Positions 13,307-27,740 of a stretch of 64,000 nucleotides of DNA are shown piece after piece (within the stretch, counting starts at the first letter, position 1; the number at the start of each line of letters is the position of its first letter). A program made the translations under genes and the position numbers. The notes beneath the pieces are model-generated. The model made no database searches and was not told where the DNA came from. It was given only the letters and a program-made list of their open reading frames with translations. The stretch lies in assembly GCA_964016885.1 (NCBI GenBank), contig OZ024740.1, forward strand, positions 92,566,001 through 92,630,000, in the 5' to 3' direction. Source of the DNA: Eledone cirrhosa. Its lineage: Eukaryota.

Positions 13307-14424
13307 GATTGTACCGTGATGATGGGCTCCTTACCCTTAAAGGGTACAACCCCAGTAGTACAGATCGGGTCCGGAAACAATTAATCAGATTCTTCCGCGA
13401 CTGGGGATTTAAAATAACCCTACAAACGTCCCTGACCCGAGTAAACTTCCTGGACGTAACCCTCGACCTCGAAAACGACCTGTACTACCCATACAGGAAA
13501 CCTAATGACAATCTGCACTACATCCACCGCCGATCAAACCATCCTAGGAACATCACAAACAACCTGGTCAAAAACATCTCCCTCCGCATATCCCGTTTGT
13601 CAGCTAATGAGCGGATATTCGATGAACATGCGCCTTATTACAACCAGGCCCTCAAGCGGAGTGGTTTCCGGGAGGAAATATCCTACTGTCCAGATCCCAT
13701 TAGCGGAACCAGCAGGAGACACCGCCGCTCACGCAATGTAACATGGTTCAATCCTCCCCACAACGCAGAGGTGACTACTCCCATCGGGAAACTATTCTTT
13801 AGGCTCATTGAAAAACACTTCCCATTACAACACCGCTACCACAACATAATTAACAAAAATACCATCAAACTCTCTTACAGCACTACACCAAACTTCGCAC
13901 AAAACATCGTCTCCTCTAACAACAAAAAACTCAACCCCGATGGCAGAAATAACCTAAATAGCAGTGGAGAACCGACCAGGAGGTGTAACTGCCCGGATAG
14001 ATCTATTTGCCCACTCGACAATAGATGCAGAGACCGTAATGTGATCTACCAGTGCAACGTGAGGACGGATACCTCCAACAAAGCCTATATAGGACTTACC
14101 GCATGTGACTTCAAGACCCGGCTATACCAACATAGACATACCTTCCGAAACCCGGCCCGGCGTCACGCCACTACACTTTAGGGCCACATATGGGACCTCA
14201 AGGACAACAACATCACCTATGATCTCACTTGGAGATTACTGTCCAGAGCCAATTCTTACACGGGAGGACGCCGTCCGTGCAATTTATGCTCGGAGGAAAC
14301 TTTACAAATGCTGTTTTCGACGGACCAACTCCTAAACAAGAAAGATGAACTGGTTACTGCATGTAAACATAGATTGCGTAGGACTTACCTCGCCCTCAAA
14401 CCCCATAATGACCCGGGGGGGTAG
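13307..14424 (+). pseudogene. PLE RT palm/thumb plus GIY-YIG endonuclease, 5'-truncated, one in-frame TAG at 14179-14181
   Basis: GLYRDDGL, VNFLDVTLDL, YPYRKPND, WFNPP, CNC..CPL..C, VIYQC..AYIGLT..FKTRL..H; same frame resumes GHIW..CNLCSEE..LLNKKDELVTACKH to stop at 14424. Confidence 0.93.
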
Positions 14425-15522
14425 ACTAGGGCCATAACACCCCAGTTGCCGATTTTGCAATGGGTAACCCCTGCTTGCCAAGGAAGACGTAAGATCTTCT
14501 TTGTATTCTTTTATCGCATCCTTTATTTCCTTCCCCCCGCTCTCCTTTGTCCTTCTACCCCAGCTCTTCTCCTTTGTCGGCGTCTTTTCTCGCCCACCCG
14601 AGGCTGCCCTTTGGCCCCATGTAGCCTTAGTACCCCCACTCCCCCCTCCCCTAGTCTTTGATAGATTTGGCGGACTCCGCCCTTTATAGCAGTTGGCTTA
14701 GACCCCGGATACTTGCCCCCCTTTTCCGACCGCTCCCACTATTCTCTGTGCCCTCTATATTTCTTAGTGGCACTTATGCCTTATTTTTTCGTTTCAGTAT
14801 TTCTTGCTTCGCTTTTCTTCTGGGCGGGGTGGATTCTGAACTTATTTCTCCGTATTCTACCTTTATTTCGTACGAACTTTCATGTAGCTTGTTTTAGATC
14901 TTTTAGAGTTAGCATTAGTATATATTTTTCCCGGGACTCAGAATTATTATGTCGTACAAGTTCACTTTGCTGCACTGGGTCGTTGCTGGCCCGGGATGGA
15001 AACCTTTATTGTTTATTTCGTGGTAGTCTCTTTAGTATTTTGGCCCCTTTTGTTGACCAGTCACCGTATCATTTACGTACTTATACCTCTTAAAAGGGTC
15101 CTTGCCTAATTCGTCCCACCTAGTTCTTTTACTTATTTCCTTATTTATTTATTTATTTATTTATTTACTTCTTTCTTTCTTTCTTTATTTTATTCCCGCC
15201 TAACAATAGCCTGACACCTAGGTCGTAGAATTTAATTTTTTCTTTACACTTATTTGCTTTTCTTCACTCTCAGTATTTTTTCTTTCCTATTTTTACCCCC
15301 CATTGTTCTACTTACCGTTCCGACTTCCTCCCCCTCCCCCTCCCCTGTATCTTCTTTGACCTCATGCCCAGCTGTAGCTGGCACTACCAACGCTTGATTG
15401 GGTCTACTCCACCCCCTCCCCTCTTTCTCCTACTGGCAGGTTTAGCCACCATCTCCCCTACTAATTTGCAACCACAGAATTACTACTGATTTTTGACAAT
15501 CACTTTGACCATATATGGAATT

Positions 15523-15616
15523 ACCCCTTGAGAAGATCGGCTATTTAAATACCAGGATAAATGTTCATTTAGTCCAGAATTAGCCGTCGAAACGGCTTGA
15601 GCTCAGCTGTCGGGGT
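15523..15616 (+). ncRNA. Type I hammerhead ribozyme motif with UUGAGAA core
   Basis: Stem I acccc/ggggt; core ttgagaa 15528-15534; stem II gatcggcta/tagccgtc; GAAA 15589-15592; stem III cggct/agctg; GUC triplet 15609-15611. Confidence 0.8.
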
Positions 15617-15628
15617 CTTACTGGTTCC

Positions 15629-15681
<53 letters not shown>

Positions 15682-16728
15682 TAAAACATGTCTATAGAAT
15701 CAATCAGATATTAAGATATATACTATTTCTTCCTCTAATCACCATAATTAACCATATACAAAATCAAATCTAGCAAGCTTTAAGAATAAATTTTCTTATG
15801 GGGAAATCCCTGACAAACAATTGATCGTAGCCTCTTCGCAGCAGCTCCGTTCCACTATTTATCAAACATTTCGGCAGCATGCGGAATCCGATCAAATATA
15901 CCATCAACCGCATATAATTAGTAGTAAAATTAAACCTAGAAGAAATGCGCACATACCGTAATTAAATCCCTACCATGGTTTCTTCCTTATTTAGGACATC
16001 CAAATAATATGGAAATGTCCTGAGTTACGGTTCATCAGGGGATAAACTCAGAATCAGACATTTATTTTCTCAAACCGACCGCGCCAAATTTAGATTCAAA
16101 AATGGCTAAGAACGCTATGTAGCTGTGTACATATATATATTTATGTTGTCTCTGATCAAGACGAAGCAGATTGTATTTGATTAAATATTTGATTAACTAA
16201 ATATAGTCGGCTGTTAAAGCAGCCAAATCATTTTTTTCGTTTTGAAACAAAACCACAGTATCATCGAGAATAAGGGTGATGAAAAATAAATTATGGCAAT
16301 TCTAATTAGATTTATAAATGTCTGACATTGAAAAGAGAAAGATTTATTGAAGTATAAACATAGATGAAGAAGAGAAATTAATCACGCTCTGTTTAATTTA
16401 TTGTATCTTACTTACTGCCTTTTCTCAACGCACGAAATTGGAAACAAATCATGAAGTATATATATTAAAATGGGAGAAGTTTTATCCATAATTTGTAATA
16501 TGAGATTTTAAATAGTTTCCTCGTATGATTTATCAAGGGCAGATATAGGGGACAAATAGCATCTTACATCAAATACAAATTATAATATTTGTAATATCGA
16601 TTATATAATGATTGTGGCACATTCTATTTCAGATTATTTAATGTATTGATGAAAATAGAAATTTGCAGTTGTATATTGAATTTAGTACGATGTATTCCTT
16701 GAAAATAATATTGCAAGTTTGTCTGCAT

Positions 16729-17816
<1,088 letters not shown>

Positions 17817-18132
17817 AAATAGATTTGGGATGTAAGCTGTCAGTAAGTACTGATTTGATGTTCAGCAAAAAACTAATTCTTGTGAATAAAACTGACGTAG
17901 TGGTTTTCAATGCATCAATCATATACACATTTGCAATAGTTTTGTGGTGATTACTTAATTTTAATTCGTCAATATTTATTTGTATTTAATATTAAATTGT
18001 TCTCTACATATTCTCAATAAAATCCGTTCCAAGACATAATTAATAGCGAAACTTATCTGTTGAATATATCCCACACACAGAGACAAAAACACACACACAC
18101 AAATACACACACACACGCTCTCTCTCTCTCTC

Positions 18133-18209
<77 letters not shown>

Positions 18210-18290
18210 CTATTTATCTCTCCCTCTCTCTATATATATCTCTCTATCTATCTTTATATCTCTCTCTCTCTCTTATCTCTCTATCTATCA

Positions 18291-18345
<55 letters not shown>

Positions 18346-18529
18346 TTCTCACACAGACACAACATAGCAATTTAATAGGTGGTAAACATTATATACTTTG
18401 GAATACGATTCAGGGCCGGACTTAATGACCAAAATCTGGTACGTCTTTTATACACTAACTTACTTTCATCCACTACGACCATATATATATATATATATAT
18501 TAATATATATAGAAGTATTATTATATATA

Positions 18530-18595
18530 GATAAAAGAAAGTACCAGTAATGTACTTGGTAATTGCTGGCCTTGTGCCAAAAGTAGAAACAATTA
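18530..18595 (+). mobile_element. SINE family A 3' fragment
   Basis: aagtaccagtaatgtacttggtaattgctggccttgtgccaaaagtagaaacaatt. Confidence 0.8.
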
Positions 18596-18771
18596 TATAT
18601 AGAAGTGGTAACAGAACAGTTAGTTCACCATACCGAGAATTGACATGGTTATACGGAACAGGAAGGACAAACACATGCGCAGAAACGGTCACTTCAACCA
18701 GGCAATACAAAACTGCGTGCGAGAGGTCCGAAAGGTTCTAGTTGATAAGAACATTAGGGTGTTGTTGATAT

Positions 18772-18966
18772 TCAATGCAGAGCTTTGTAGTTAGGTAAGA
18801 GGTGTTTCCAGACACGTGGACAACGTCTGAAGATTTCCTTTATTGAGTTTAGGCAATCGCTATTGCGTAATCTCTCTAGAATATTTATCCGTTCATCAAT
18901 TGTTAGCACGAAATATAAAAACACAGTACATATTCGAAACATAAAATCCAATCTTCTAATATTCAC
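18772..18966 (-). pseudogene. Decayed PLE GIY-YIG C-terminus
   Basis: ERINILERLRNSDCLNSIKEIFRRCPRVWKHLL resembles the E..IL..LN...E....C.H..K.LL ending of the other PLE endonucleases here. Confidence 0.55.
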
Positions 18967-19599
18967 AAAATATCAGGTACACTAAGAAAACGCAATTTAC
19001 ACGATTGGCACCCTCACACGAAGGTAATCCAGCACACACGCACACGAACAAAAATGTCATGTGCTCACAAAGAAACTCAAAGTTTATATACTCTCTTTGA
19101 AAACACTCACAATGAAAATAAACCTAAAAAAAATAAACAAGCAGTCTCCATAGCTAACAACACGCATATCCCCGGAAAACCAAAGTTCACAATCACATAT
19201 GATATCCTAAAAAACACACCGCACACAAACAATCACATACAAATAAGAGACCCTCCCACGTTATAACACAGAAAACAATGTCTCCTTCTACACAACACTC
19301 TGCTGATTTTTAAAATGAGACTACATTGATTAAGGGTTTTGTTAATCTTCGTCGTATTCTTTCAATGTTTTCATTCACATGTTGTTCTGATTTCTTTAAA
19401 ACATTGCATACTAAATATTTTACTATTTTTCATTTGAGCTCTTAGACGCAACGTTTTATTTTGCATTTTAACATGCTATTGTTATATTAAATTCTACACA
19501 CACCCTGCGTTACATCACTCTCTCTCTCTCTCTGTTTTTTTATACACACATGTGCGCACGCACGCACATACATACACACACACATGCACACACATATGC

Positions 19600-19683
<84 letters not shown>

Positions 19684-21249
19684 TATACAACTTTTCGTTT
19701 ATGTTGAACAAGACAGATTTAAATTAATTGTTGTTGATACATAACCTATATATTATCATTACTACTAAAGGAAGATAATTACTCTTTGTTTGAATGCATG
19801 AAAGCATCACGCAGCTACTATAATTGATTTTATCTTCCAATACTTAAGATTTCATATTGTAGCATTTTGTTTGAATTAATGATTATAAAGGTATCACTAG
19901 AATATAATAATGTCAAAATTATAGCCGATTGTCGTTTGAAATTTACTCAAGTGTAGTTACTGAAATCTGTGTTTAATACCAAATGTAAATGGTCGTTAGG
20001 ATAGGACTTCATATTTACTACGAATATCGATTTTACATCTGTAAAATCTAAATAAATGAATATTTCCACGGATATTCTGCTCCATCAGTACGTATTCTCA
20101 ATATTTAAACTAACTAAATATCACTATAACGATGAGAAGAGAAACATTAAGAAAATATTTTGTTTATATTTTTACAAAGCTAATCCATCTGATCCGCTTT
20201 AAAAACAATGCATATGATTTTGAAATACCTTAATACATGCATGCCAAACAAAATATAGCGACAATTCCTCGTGACATTTTAAATCATCTTATGTAATCAG
20301 ATTCGAAAATATCAGATTGGAATATATAATATTTCAACTAAACTTGTACAACATTTGGATGCTTACGATAATTTATTTTATTACAAATAATATTTAGGAA
20401 TCTTTTACATCTATATATGTTCCACAGTTTTAATTTCAAATAGAAATATTTAACGGATTACAATAAACATTTACGAGAAATAAGCCGATATGTGTCAATT
20501 TCGTTTAAAGTGGTGCTACGTAAGGAAATGTAACGCATTCAGAGATTGGTATCTTAGAATATGTGGACGAAGGGAGGTATATGTTCCGTAAATATAACAT
20601 CATATTTAGATGGACCTGTAATGTAATGAGTAAAAATGACCAATTCTAGTAATTATTTTCGGAGATTTATCTGTATGTAGATTGTTTATCTGGAATTTCG
20701 TGGAGGAACTGGTCGAGGGACATTTCGTATTTCATGAGATATGTTTCTGTTTTGATGAACATTTGTATGATAATAAAAAGAGCTGAACATAGTTTTGTCG
20801 TATTATTGTATTGTTGTATTGTTCTATTGACGTATTGCGTGTTCGATTTTAGAAATGGACGTCTAACAAAGTCGTGGTTGGATTATAAAGTAGATGCCAA
20901 CATCATTTGGGGGAACTTGATGGAATATTCGCCCCATCACACATACGATATATGATATTCATTCAGCGTTTAGGAAAAAAAAATGTTTTGTGTCGACCCC
21001 AATAATAAAGATCTGCATGATTTGTCTCTGTTTTCTAATTGACCTCTCGGAAGCCTCATAATTTAGTCAGTATTGGTAGATCACAGTTATCGACTGTATT
21101 CAAGGTAGAACCGATCAAAGAATATAAGTGAAGGAGGATGCTGTGTATAAATCTCGACCAGAACGTTTTTGAATTCCGGAACACATCCTGTGGACTATGT
21201 TAAATTTGATTTTGTGTAAGCTTAATTTGCTATAATTAATTTCACCATT

Positions 21250-21357
21250 GTGATTGGCAGAATATTTACAGCGTTGAATACAATGTTTTCGGTAACTGTA
21301 TCGTTTCTCTGCACACAGGGTTTAAATCAGGCAGAGGACATATTTGCCTTTCATCAT
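21250..21357 (+). mobile_element. Old diverged family A-like SINE
   Basis: tgattggcagaat...ggcagaggacatatttgcctttcatc. Confidence 0.55.
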
Positions 21358-21450
21358 TTCGTCTTCAACAAAAAAATATATTCCCTCTAGTAATAGGGTC
21401 GATTCTTTGTCTGCATATCTGTCTTATTTCTTCTACATTACCATCCCCGA

Positions 21451-21481
<31 letters not shown>

Positions 21482-21549
21482 TTCTCCCTCTCTCTCTATA
21501 TATATCTATCTCTCTTTCTCCCCTCTGCCCTTCTTTCTCTCTTCCTCCG

Positions 21550-21601
<52 letters not shown>

Positions 21602-22210
21602 TGTGTGTGTGTGTGTTTATGTGTGTATGTGTGAGAGCATATGTGTGTGTGTGTATTTGTGTGTATTTATGCGTGTCTGACTGAGTGATAATATATACAA
21701 TCCGCTCCATCCCACTCATTTCATTTCTTCTTCCTGCAGTTATACCGCTTCTTTTTCAATGAACACAATATCACTTATATGTACACAATATCACTTATCT
21801 ACATTTCCTTACTTAAAGCGTTACCCTTCGCACAACATTTCTGCATCGCATCTTCTACAGATTCCAGTCGAAAATGATTTTATTTTATTTGTATACGTAC
21901 TCGCTTTGCTGCCCAAGTCAAAATAATACACGTGTTACCACTATACCTATTAGGTCGTGTTTTCTCTTCCGGTCAACCTGCTATAGGTTGTCTTGGAGCC
22001 TGAACTCGATAATAAGTAATACCATCATAAGTCACGAAAATGCATTTATGTGGTGCAGTCAGACAAACATGAATTATGCTTTTCTATATTCGTCCTCCGT
22101 GTTTAATTATATACATACATGCATCAAACACACACACACGCACACACACATACACACACACACATACACGCATACGCACAAAGACACAAACACACACGCA
22201 CCTATATATG

Positions 22211-22255
<45 letters not shown>

Positions 22256-22480
22256 GGATTAACAAATAATAGTTAAATGCAGTCCACTTAGGTGAAGTCC
22301 AGTTATGGTATTCCAGGTAGTGGATGATATTAACGCTTGGCTTCGTTTGACTCAACAAGGCGTGTTCATAGTGATGCTGCGGGTATGCTGTAATTCCTAT
22401 GTTGTAAACACTTGGAGTAATAATAAATCAGGAAAGAAGGTTTACATGGTTTGCTATACAAAAAAGTGTTTAATCACATA

Positions 22481-22586
22481 GCTTACATTTGTTTCACTGA
22501 ACTGGTATGTCTAGAGATCACTATCCGCCTAATTTTGCGTCACTCGATCGCCAATACAGAATCATAACCAGTCAGATCTTCGGAGC
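22481..22586 (-). ncRNA. Hammerhead motif (CCGAAGA core), left arm copy
   Basis: Mirror of 24301-24406. Confidence 0.7.
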
Positions 22587-22948
22587 ATAAGAGAATGAAG
22601 AAAATACACAGGCAAGAAAAGAAAAGAAAATATGGAGTAGTTATGGCATTCAATTAGAACAATAACAACAACAACAATTATTACAACAATGCTATCAATA
22701 AACTATTTAAGGAGACCCTGACATTACTTAGGTGGGGGGTATATAATGTATCTAATGTTACGGCGTGAAAACGAGCTGTCATAAGGCAAAAAGTATCGTA
22801 GTGTGTATCAATTTTAAATTATAAAGATAAGCTAGTGTTTACAGTATTTCTCTTCATCTTCAACAGTATACATGAGTGGGACCACTGTCAGAGCTCAATA
22901 GTTGTAGAGTTAATACAGAGGTTAACGAATTAATATACGCATATATCT

Positions 22949-23019
<71 letters not shown>

Positions 23020-24300
23020 AATATATATACACATATATGTGTACATAGACACATACATACACATCAATATACACTCGTACAAAAATATACATACATGCAA
23101 AGAGAAAAGCGTGCTAATTGTGATTATGGCAAAAAGAAGGTGAAGTAACATTGTAGTAGTGAAATGAGAAAAACTAGGATCTAGGATCAAATGATTGCAG
23201 CAGCTGAGAAGGAGTAAGATTGTTGGTAGATGAGGTATTTACAGATAATTGTGTGGTATAGACTTGTGAAGAAAATAGTATACTTAATGAATATATTTCT
23301 GTGGGTAGTAGGTATCCTAATTTAAAGCTATGTTATGTTGGTTCGATTCACGGAGGTTTGAATCTTATGAATTTAGTGGCTATTCTGTCTGCAGAAGATA
23401 GATCTTTCTAACTTATTATTAAGTAGCCTTTTAACATTTCTAAGGATATAGATATTGTGTGATCTTGAGCTATTGTATATCCTTAGAAATGTTAAAAGGC
23501 TACTTAATAATAAGTTAGAAAGATCTATCTTCTGCAGACATAGAATAGCCACTAAATTCATAAGATTCAAACCTCCGTGAATCGAACCAACATAACATAG
23601 CTTTAAATTAGGATACCTACTACCCACAGAAATATATTCATTAAGTATACTATTTTCTTCACAAGTCTATACCACACAATTATCTGTAAATACCTCATCT
23701 ACCAACAATCTTACTCCTTCTCAGCTGCTGCAATCATTTGATCCTAGATCCTAGTTTTTCTCATTTCACTACTACAATGTTACTTTACCTTCTTTTTGCC
23801 ATAATTACAATTAGCACGCTTTTCTCTTTGCATGTATGTATATTTTTGTACGAGTGTATATTGATGTGTATGTATGTGTCTATGTACACATATATGTGTA
23901 TATATATTTATATATATATGTGTGTGTGTGTGTGTGTGCGTAGATATATGCGTATATTAATTCGTTAACCTCTGTATTAACTCTACAACTATTGAGCTTT
24001 GACAGTGGTCCCACTCATGTATACTGTTGAAGATCAAGAGAAAGACTGTAAAAACTAGCTTATCTTTATAATTTAAAATTGATACACACTACGATACTTT
24101 TTGCCTTATGACAGCTCGTTTTCACGCCGTAACATTAGATACATTATATACCCCCCACCTAAGTAATGTCAGGGTCTCCTTAAATAGTTTATTGATAGCA
24201 TTGTTGTAATAATTGTTGTTGTTATTGTTCTAATTGAATGCCATAACTACTCCATATTTTCTTTTCTTTTCTTGCCTGTGTATTTTCTTCATTCTCGCAT

Positions 24301-24406
24301 GCTCCGAAGATCTGACTGGTTATAATTCTGTATTGGCGATCGAGTGACGCAAAATTAGGCGGATAGCGATCTCTAGACATACCAGTTCAGTGAAACAAAT
24401 GTAAGC
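24301..24406 (+). ncRNA. Hammerhead motif with CCGAAGA core and long stem II
   Basis: gct-ccgaaga-tctgactggt...accagttcagt-gaaa-caaatg-ta-agc; GUA triplet. Confidence 0.7.
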
Positions 24407-24496
24407 TATGTGATTAAAAACTTTTTTGTATAGCAAACCATGTAAACCTTCTTTCCTGATTTATATATATATATATATATATACATATATATATAC

Positions 24497-24968
24497 AATC
24501 TATAGTGTTATAAACTCAAACAGTCTTTTACAATTAAATAGCTCAAAGAAAGAGGTATTTCTTAGCCGTGTAATACAAATGAATATATGATAAACACTAA
24601 TACAATTATATAAGTATTTGTATTGCAAATGGCCAAGTTAGCTAGATTGAAAAATACTAATTAAATTAATACAGTTTGCCTGTCTTGATTTTAAATAATA
24701 AATCAATAAAAAGAAACCCATATTGGCGATAGCCGTGTACCTGGACAAATTTAAATTTCAAACCTCAAATCTGTTTCGCAACAATAAGTGAACATTTTCA
24801 TTTCTGTGCTCATCTGCAGGTATCCAGAAATTGGTTTGTTTTTATTGATTTATTATTTTAAATCGAGACAGGGAAACTGTATTAATTTAATTAGTATTTT
24901 TTCAATCTAGCTAACTTGGTCATTTGCAATACAAACACTTATATACTTGTATTAGTGTTTATCATATA
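24497..24968 (-). mobile_element. Mini PLE-type foldback with HHR in the spacer
   Basis: Arms about 24584-24718 and 24832-24968; (TA)n flanks. Confidence 0.75.
24738..24822 (-). ncRNA. Hammerhead motif with CAGAUGA core
   Basis: Minus: tacctg-cagatga-gcacag...ttgttgc-gaaa-cagatttga..ttaaatttg-tc-caggta; 6-bp stem I, 9-bp stem III, GUC triplet. Confidence 0.75.
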
Positions 24969-24994
24969 TATATAGATATTATATATATATGTAT

Positions 24995-25817
24995 ATTTCG
25001 TTTCTGAATTTGTTTAGCAAGATTATTTATCTGAAAACGTGTGTTGAAACCGATATTGTTATACTTTGGGAGGGCCATGTTGCCAATAAGTAACACACGC
25101 ACCAGGTGCTTTCACTTCAATTTATTATAAATTAAATTTATAAATTTAGTAATTTATATATTTCCGGTTGGTTCGTTGGTTCCACAACCAGACGATTGTT
25201 CATATATTGTCAAAGTTCTATCGTCACACATTCTGTGACATATTCAGTGACTGGGGATTCTTTTCTTTGTTTCTGTGCCTCTCCTTTGTTCTGTCGTACG
25301 CCATCTTGTTTTTGTGTGTGTTGTGTGCTTAGTTTGCGCATGCGTTACATCCGGGTGTCTGTGTATGTTTATATTTGTTTATTTACATGTTACTGCTTGG
25401 TTGTTTGTTCTATGTGTGTGTGTGTTTTCATTTTGTCCTTAATTGTAAGTTGTGATGTTGCTATTCCATTCATGTTTTCTATTTAATTTTGGTTGGAGTT
25501 GAATTATGTTTATTGCCTCTGTGATTTGTCTAAACATTGCGTCTTTTCTGCACACAACACACACAAAAACAAGATGTCGTAGGACAGAACAAATGAGAGG
25601 CACAAAAACAAAGAAAATAATCCCCATTCACCGAAGAGGTCACAGAATGTGTGACGAAAGAACTACGACAATATATGAACAATCGTCTGGTTGTGGAACC
25701 AACCAACCAACCAGAAAAGTATAAATTCCTACATTTATAAATTTAATTTATAATAAATTGAAGTGAAAGATACTGGTGCGTGTGTTTCTTATTGGCAACA
25801 TGACCCTCCCAAAGTAT

Positions 25818-25825
<8 letters not shown>
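24995..25825 (-). mobile_element. PLE 3' end (GIY-YIG tail plus pLTR) with inverted pLTR
   Basis: Minus RKDAMFRQITEAINIIQLQPKLNRKHEWN; about 25052-25325 inverted at about 25560-25825; (TA)n flanks. Confidence 0.82.
25627..25669 (+). ncRNA. Minimal hammerhead motif, degenerate (mirror at 25209-25251 minus)
   Basis: ttca-ccgaaga-ggtcacagaatgtgtgac-gaaa-gaac-ta-cgac; the other arm gives gtca-ctgaata...tgac. Confidence 0.6.
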
Positions 25826-25866
<41 letters not shown>

Positions 25867-26172
25867 TGCACATGTATATATATATGTACATGTGGATCAT
25901 ATTTACTATAATTGTCTCCGATCTCTAAATATTTATTAATAAGTGACACAGAAATCATATTAGATGAGGAAGAGTTTGCTGACGAAAATATATGACTTTA
26001 ATGTATCATTTTGGATTTGTAGCTATATTTAAAATGTGCTATTTAATATCGCATTCTTATGGCTTATACAATTCGTATATATATATATATATTTATAAAC
26101 GATCCTCGTATACAGTTACTGCAATCATTCATAGTCAGACTATTAACATTTCAGGCGACCCTCGTTCATACA

Positions 26173-26221
<49 letters not shown>

Positions 26222-26539
26222 ACACACACACACTCACACGTGTGTGTGTATTTATATATATATAAATTATATGCATATTTCTTTGAAAAATTTAGTATAA
26301 TTGCAATTATAATTAAATGTATGTTAGATGTCCATCAAATTATGAGGGAATACATACAGTGGTTAAATTATTTTCCGTCGACCGTTGCTTTGCCGGAGGT
26401 CGTTTTCTATCAGTGTGCTATCTTGTGGGTTGCAATGTTGTTGGGTAAAGAAAATCTGATAATGCAAATGCAGAAAGGGTAAAGTACAGGGAAGAAACAC
26501 ACAATAATTAAGATTTGGCAATACATAACAACGGTAGAA

Positions 26540-27740
26540 CAGGAGTTGGCACTAAATTAAACCAACGAATAGAAATCCCCCGTAATTTATAAAGCGACAA
26601 GCTTCTGGTTAATTTATCTAAATGCTACCATTGATATATTTGTAAAATATTATAACGAAATTTTGCAAAATTCTTGGAAAACGCCTCATTGGTTTACGCA
26701 AGTAATAACGTATCCCTTAACAAAATCGACAGAAACAAATATTCCAAAAATTATCGTCGTATCACTCGCCTTCTCATATCATTCAACATTCTCATTTCAA
26801 TGTTGACTAAGACAACCTAAAATGTATTGATGAAAATAATATTTTTACTATTGAACTGAAGGGTTGTCTAGCAGGGTCCTAAAGGTGCAAAGACCAATTC
26901 TCATAACCTCTATAATTCGGGGAAACTATCATAAAAAGTATAGAAATATGAGTATTGGTTTATTTGGTTATAACAAAGCACTTGACAGTGTTCCCAGTCA
27001 TGTAATTTGGATGTTCTGTAATTTTCCAAATAAAATCAACTACGTGAAATACAAATATTCTATAGTGAATACAAATCAATCATTTCCACACAGTGATGGA
27101 ACTATTCATTCTAGCATCATCAGTATTAACTGTGGTATTTTCTAAGGGGATTTGTTTTCTTCTTTGATATTTTGCATTGCACACACACACCGCTATATTT
27201 AGCGTTTAACAAAACAAATTATGGCTACATAACAGACAGAAAAATATAAAATCACCTATTTTATATTGATGACTTCAAGCTGTTTGTTTAAAATGACCAT
27301 GATTTGGAAGAACTGGTGACGACAGGATTAGAGATAGGACTAGAAAAAAATTGCCAAACCATAGTTCAAGAAAGGCAGAATTGAATGGAAATAGATGTGA
27401 ACACAGCAATTAGTAAAATAGAAAAGAAACAAGGGATGAACGAATGCCAAGTTATTCACCACACCAGAAGGAAAGAGAGAATGCTACCGGAGCATACATG
27501 CTATCTTGAAAATTGAGCATAAGGCGAGAAATAAACTAGCTGACATATAAGCGGCTGCAATCCTAGTTGTCAACTACTGTTTCATACATTGGAACTGTAA
27601 GGAAATTAAAAGAATGAACACAACATTCAGGAAACTTTAACCTGTAATAAAATGCATCATCCCAAAGCAAATGTCGATCGCATCTATCTGCCTATACAAA
27701 ACGGAGGTAGAGGAATGATACTAACCGAGATTCTGAACCA
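26540..27740 (+). mobile_element. R4/Dong-clade non-LTR retrotransposon RT fragment, decayed
   Basis: Across frames: KSP..FW, NYRRIT.L, KGC.AGS..CKDQ, YNKALDSVP, GIF*GDLFSSLIFC, NHLFYIDDFKLF, IYLPIQNGGRG. Confidence 0.8.

Larger units (their letters stand above)
11858..15631 (+). mobile_element. Young 5'-truncated PLE (Nematis-like) with inverted pLTR
   Basis: 11934-13306 is the reverse complement of 14259-15631 (about 1.37 kb; two substitutions noticed); unique RT-GIY-YIG between; both ends in (TA)n. Confidence 0.95.
22255..24464. mobile_element. Non-coding PLE pLTR foldback (about 1-kb arms)
   Basis: 22423-23450 inverted at 23476-24464, 25-nt spacer, left arm extended about 170 nt; HHR in each arm; (TA)n flanks. 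Confidence 0.88.

Noticed and set aside
13141-13380. 79-aa minus ORF with CNLC motif
   Set aside because: Chimera of antisense RT and the inverted GIY-YIG tail across the inversion junction
14179-14181. In-frame TAG as readthrough or A-to-I recoding site
   Set aside because: Homologous position is Ser in the other elements here (TALSELIW, TSLSSYIH), so a point mutation is simpler
12472-15093. Mirror-image ORF sets (126, 79, 71, 62 aa) on both strands
   Set aside because: Chance ORFs in the PLE 3' region duplicated by the inverted pLTR; no recognisable domain
16010-16045. CTGATGA on minus as a hammerhead core
   Set aside because: No properly placed stem II-GAAA-stem III
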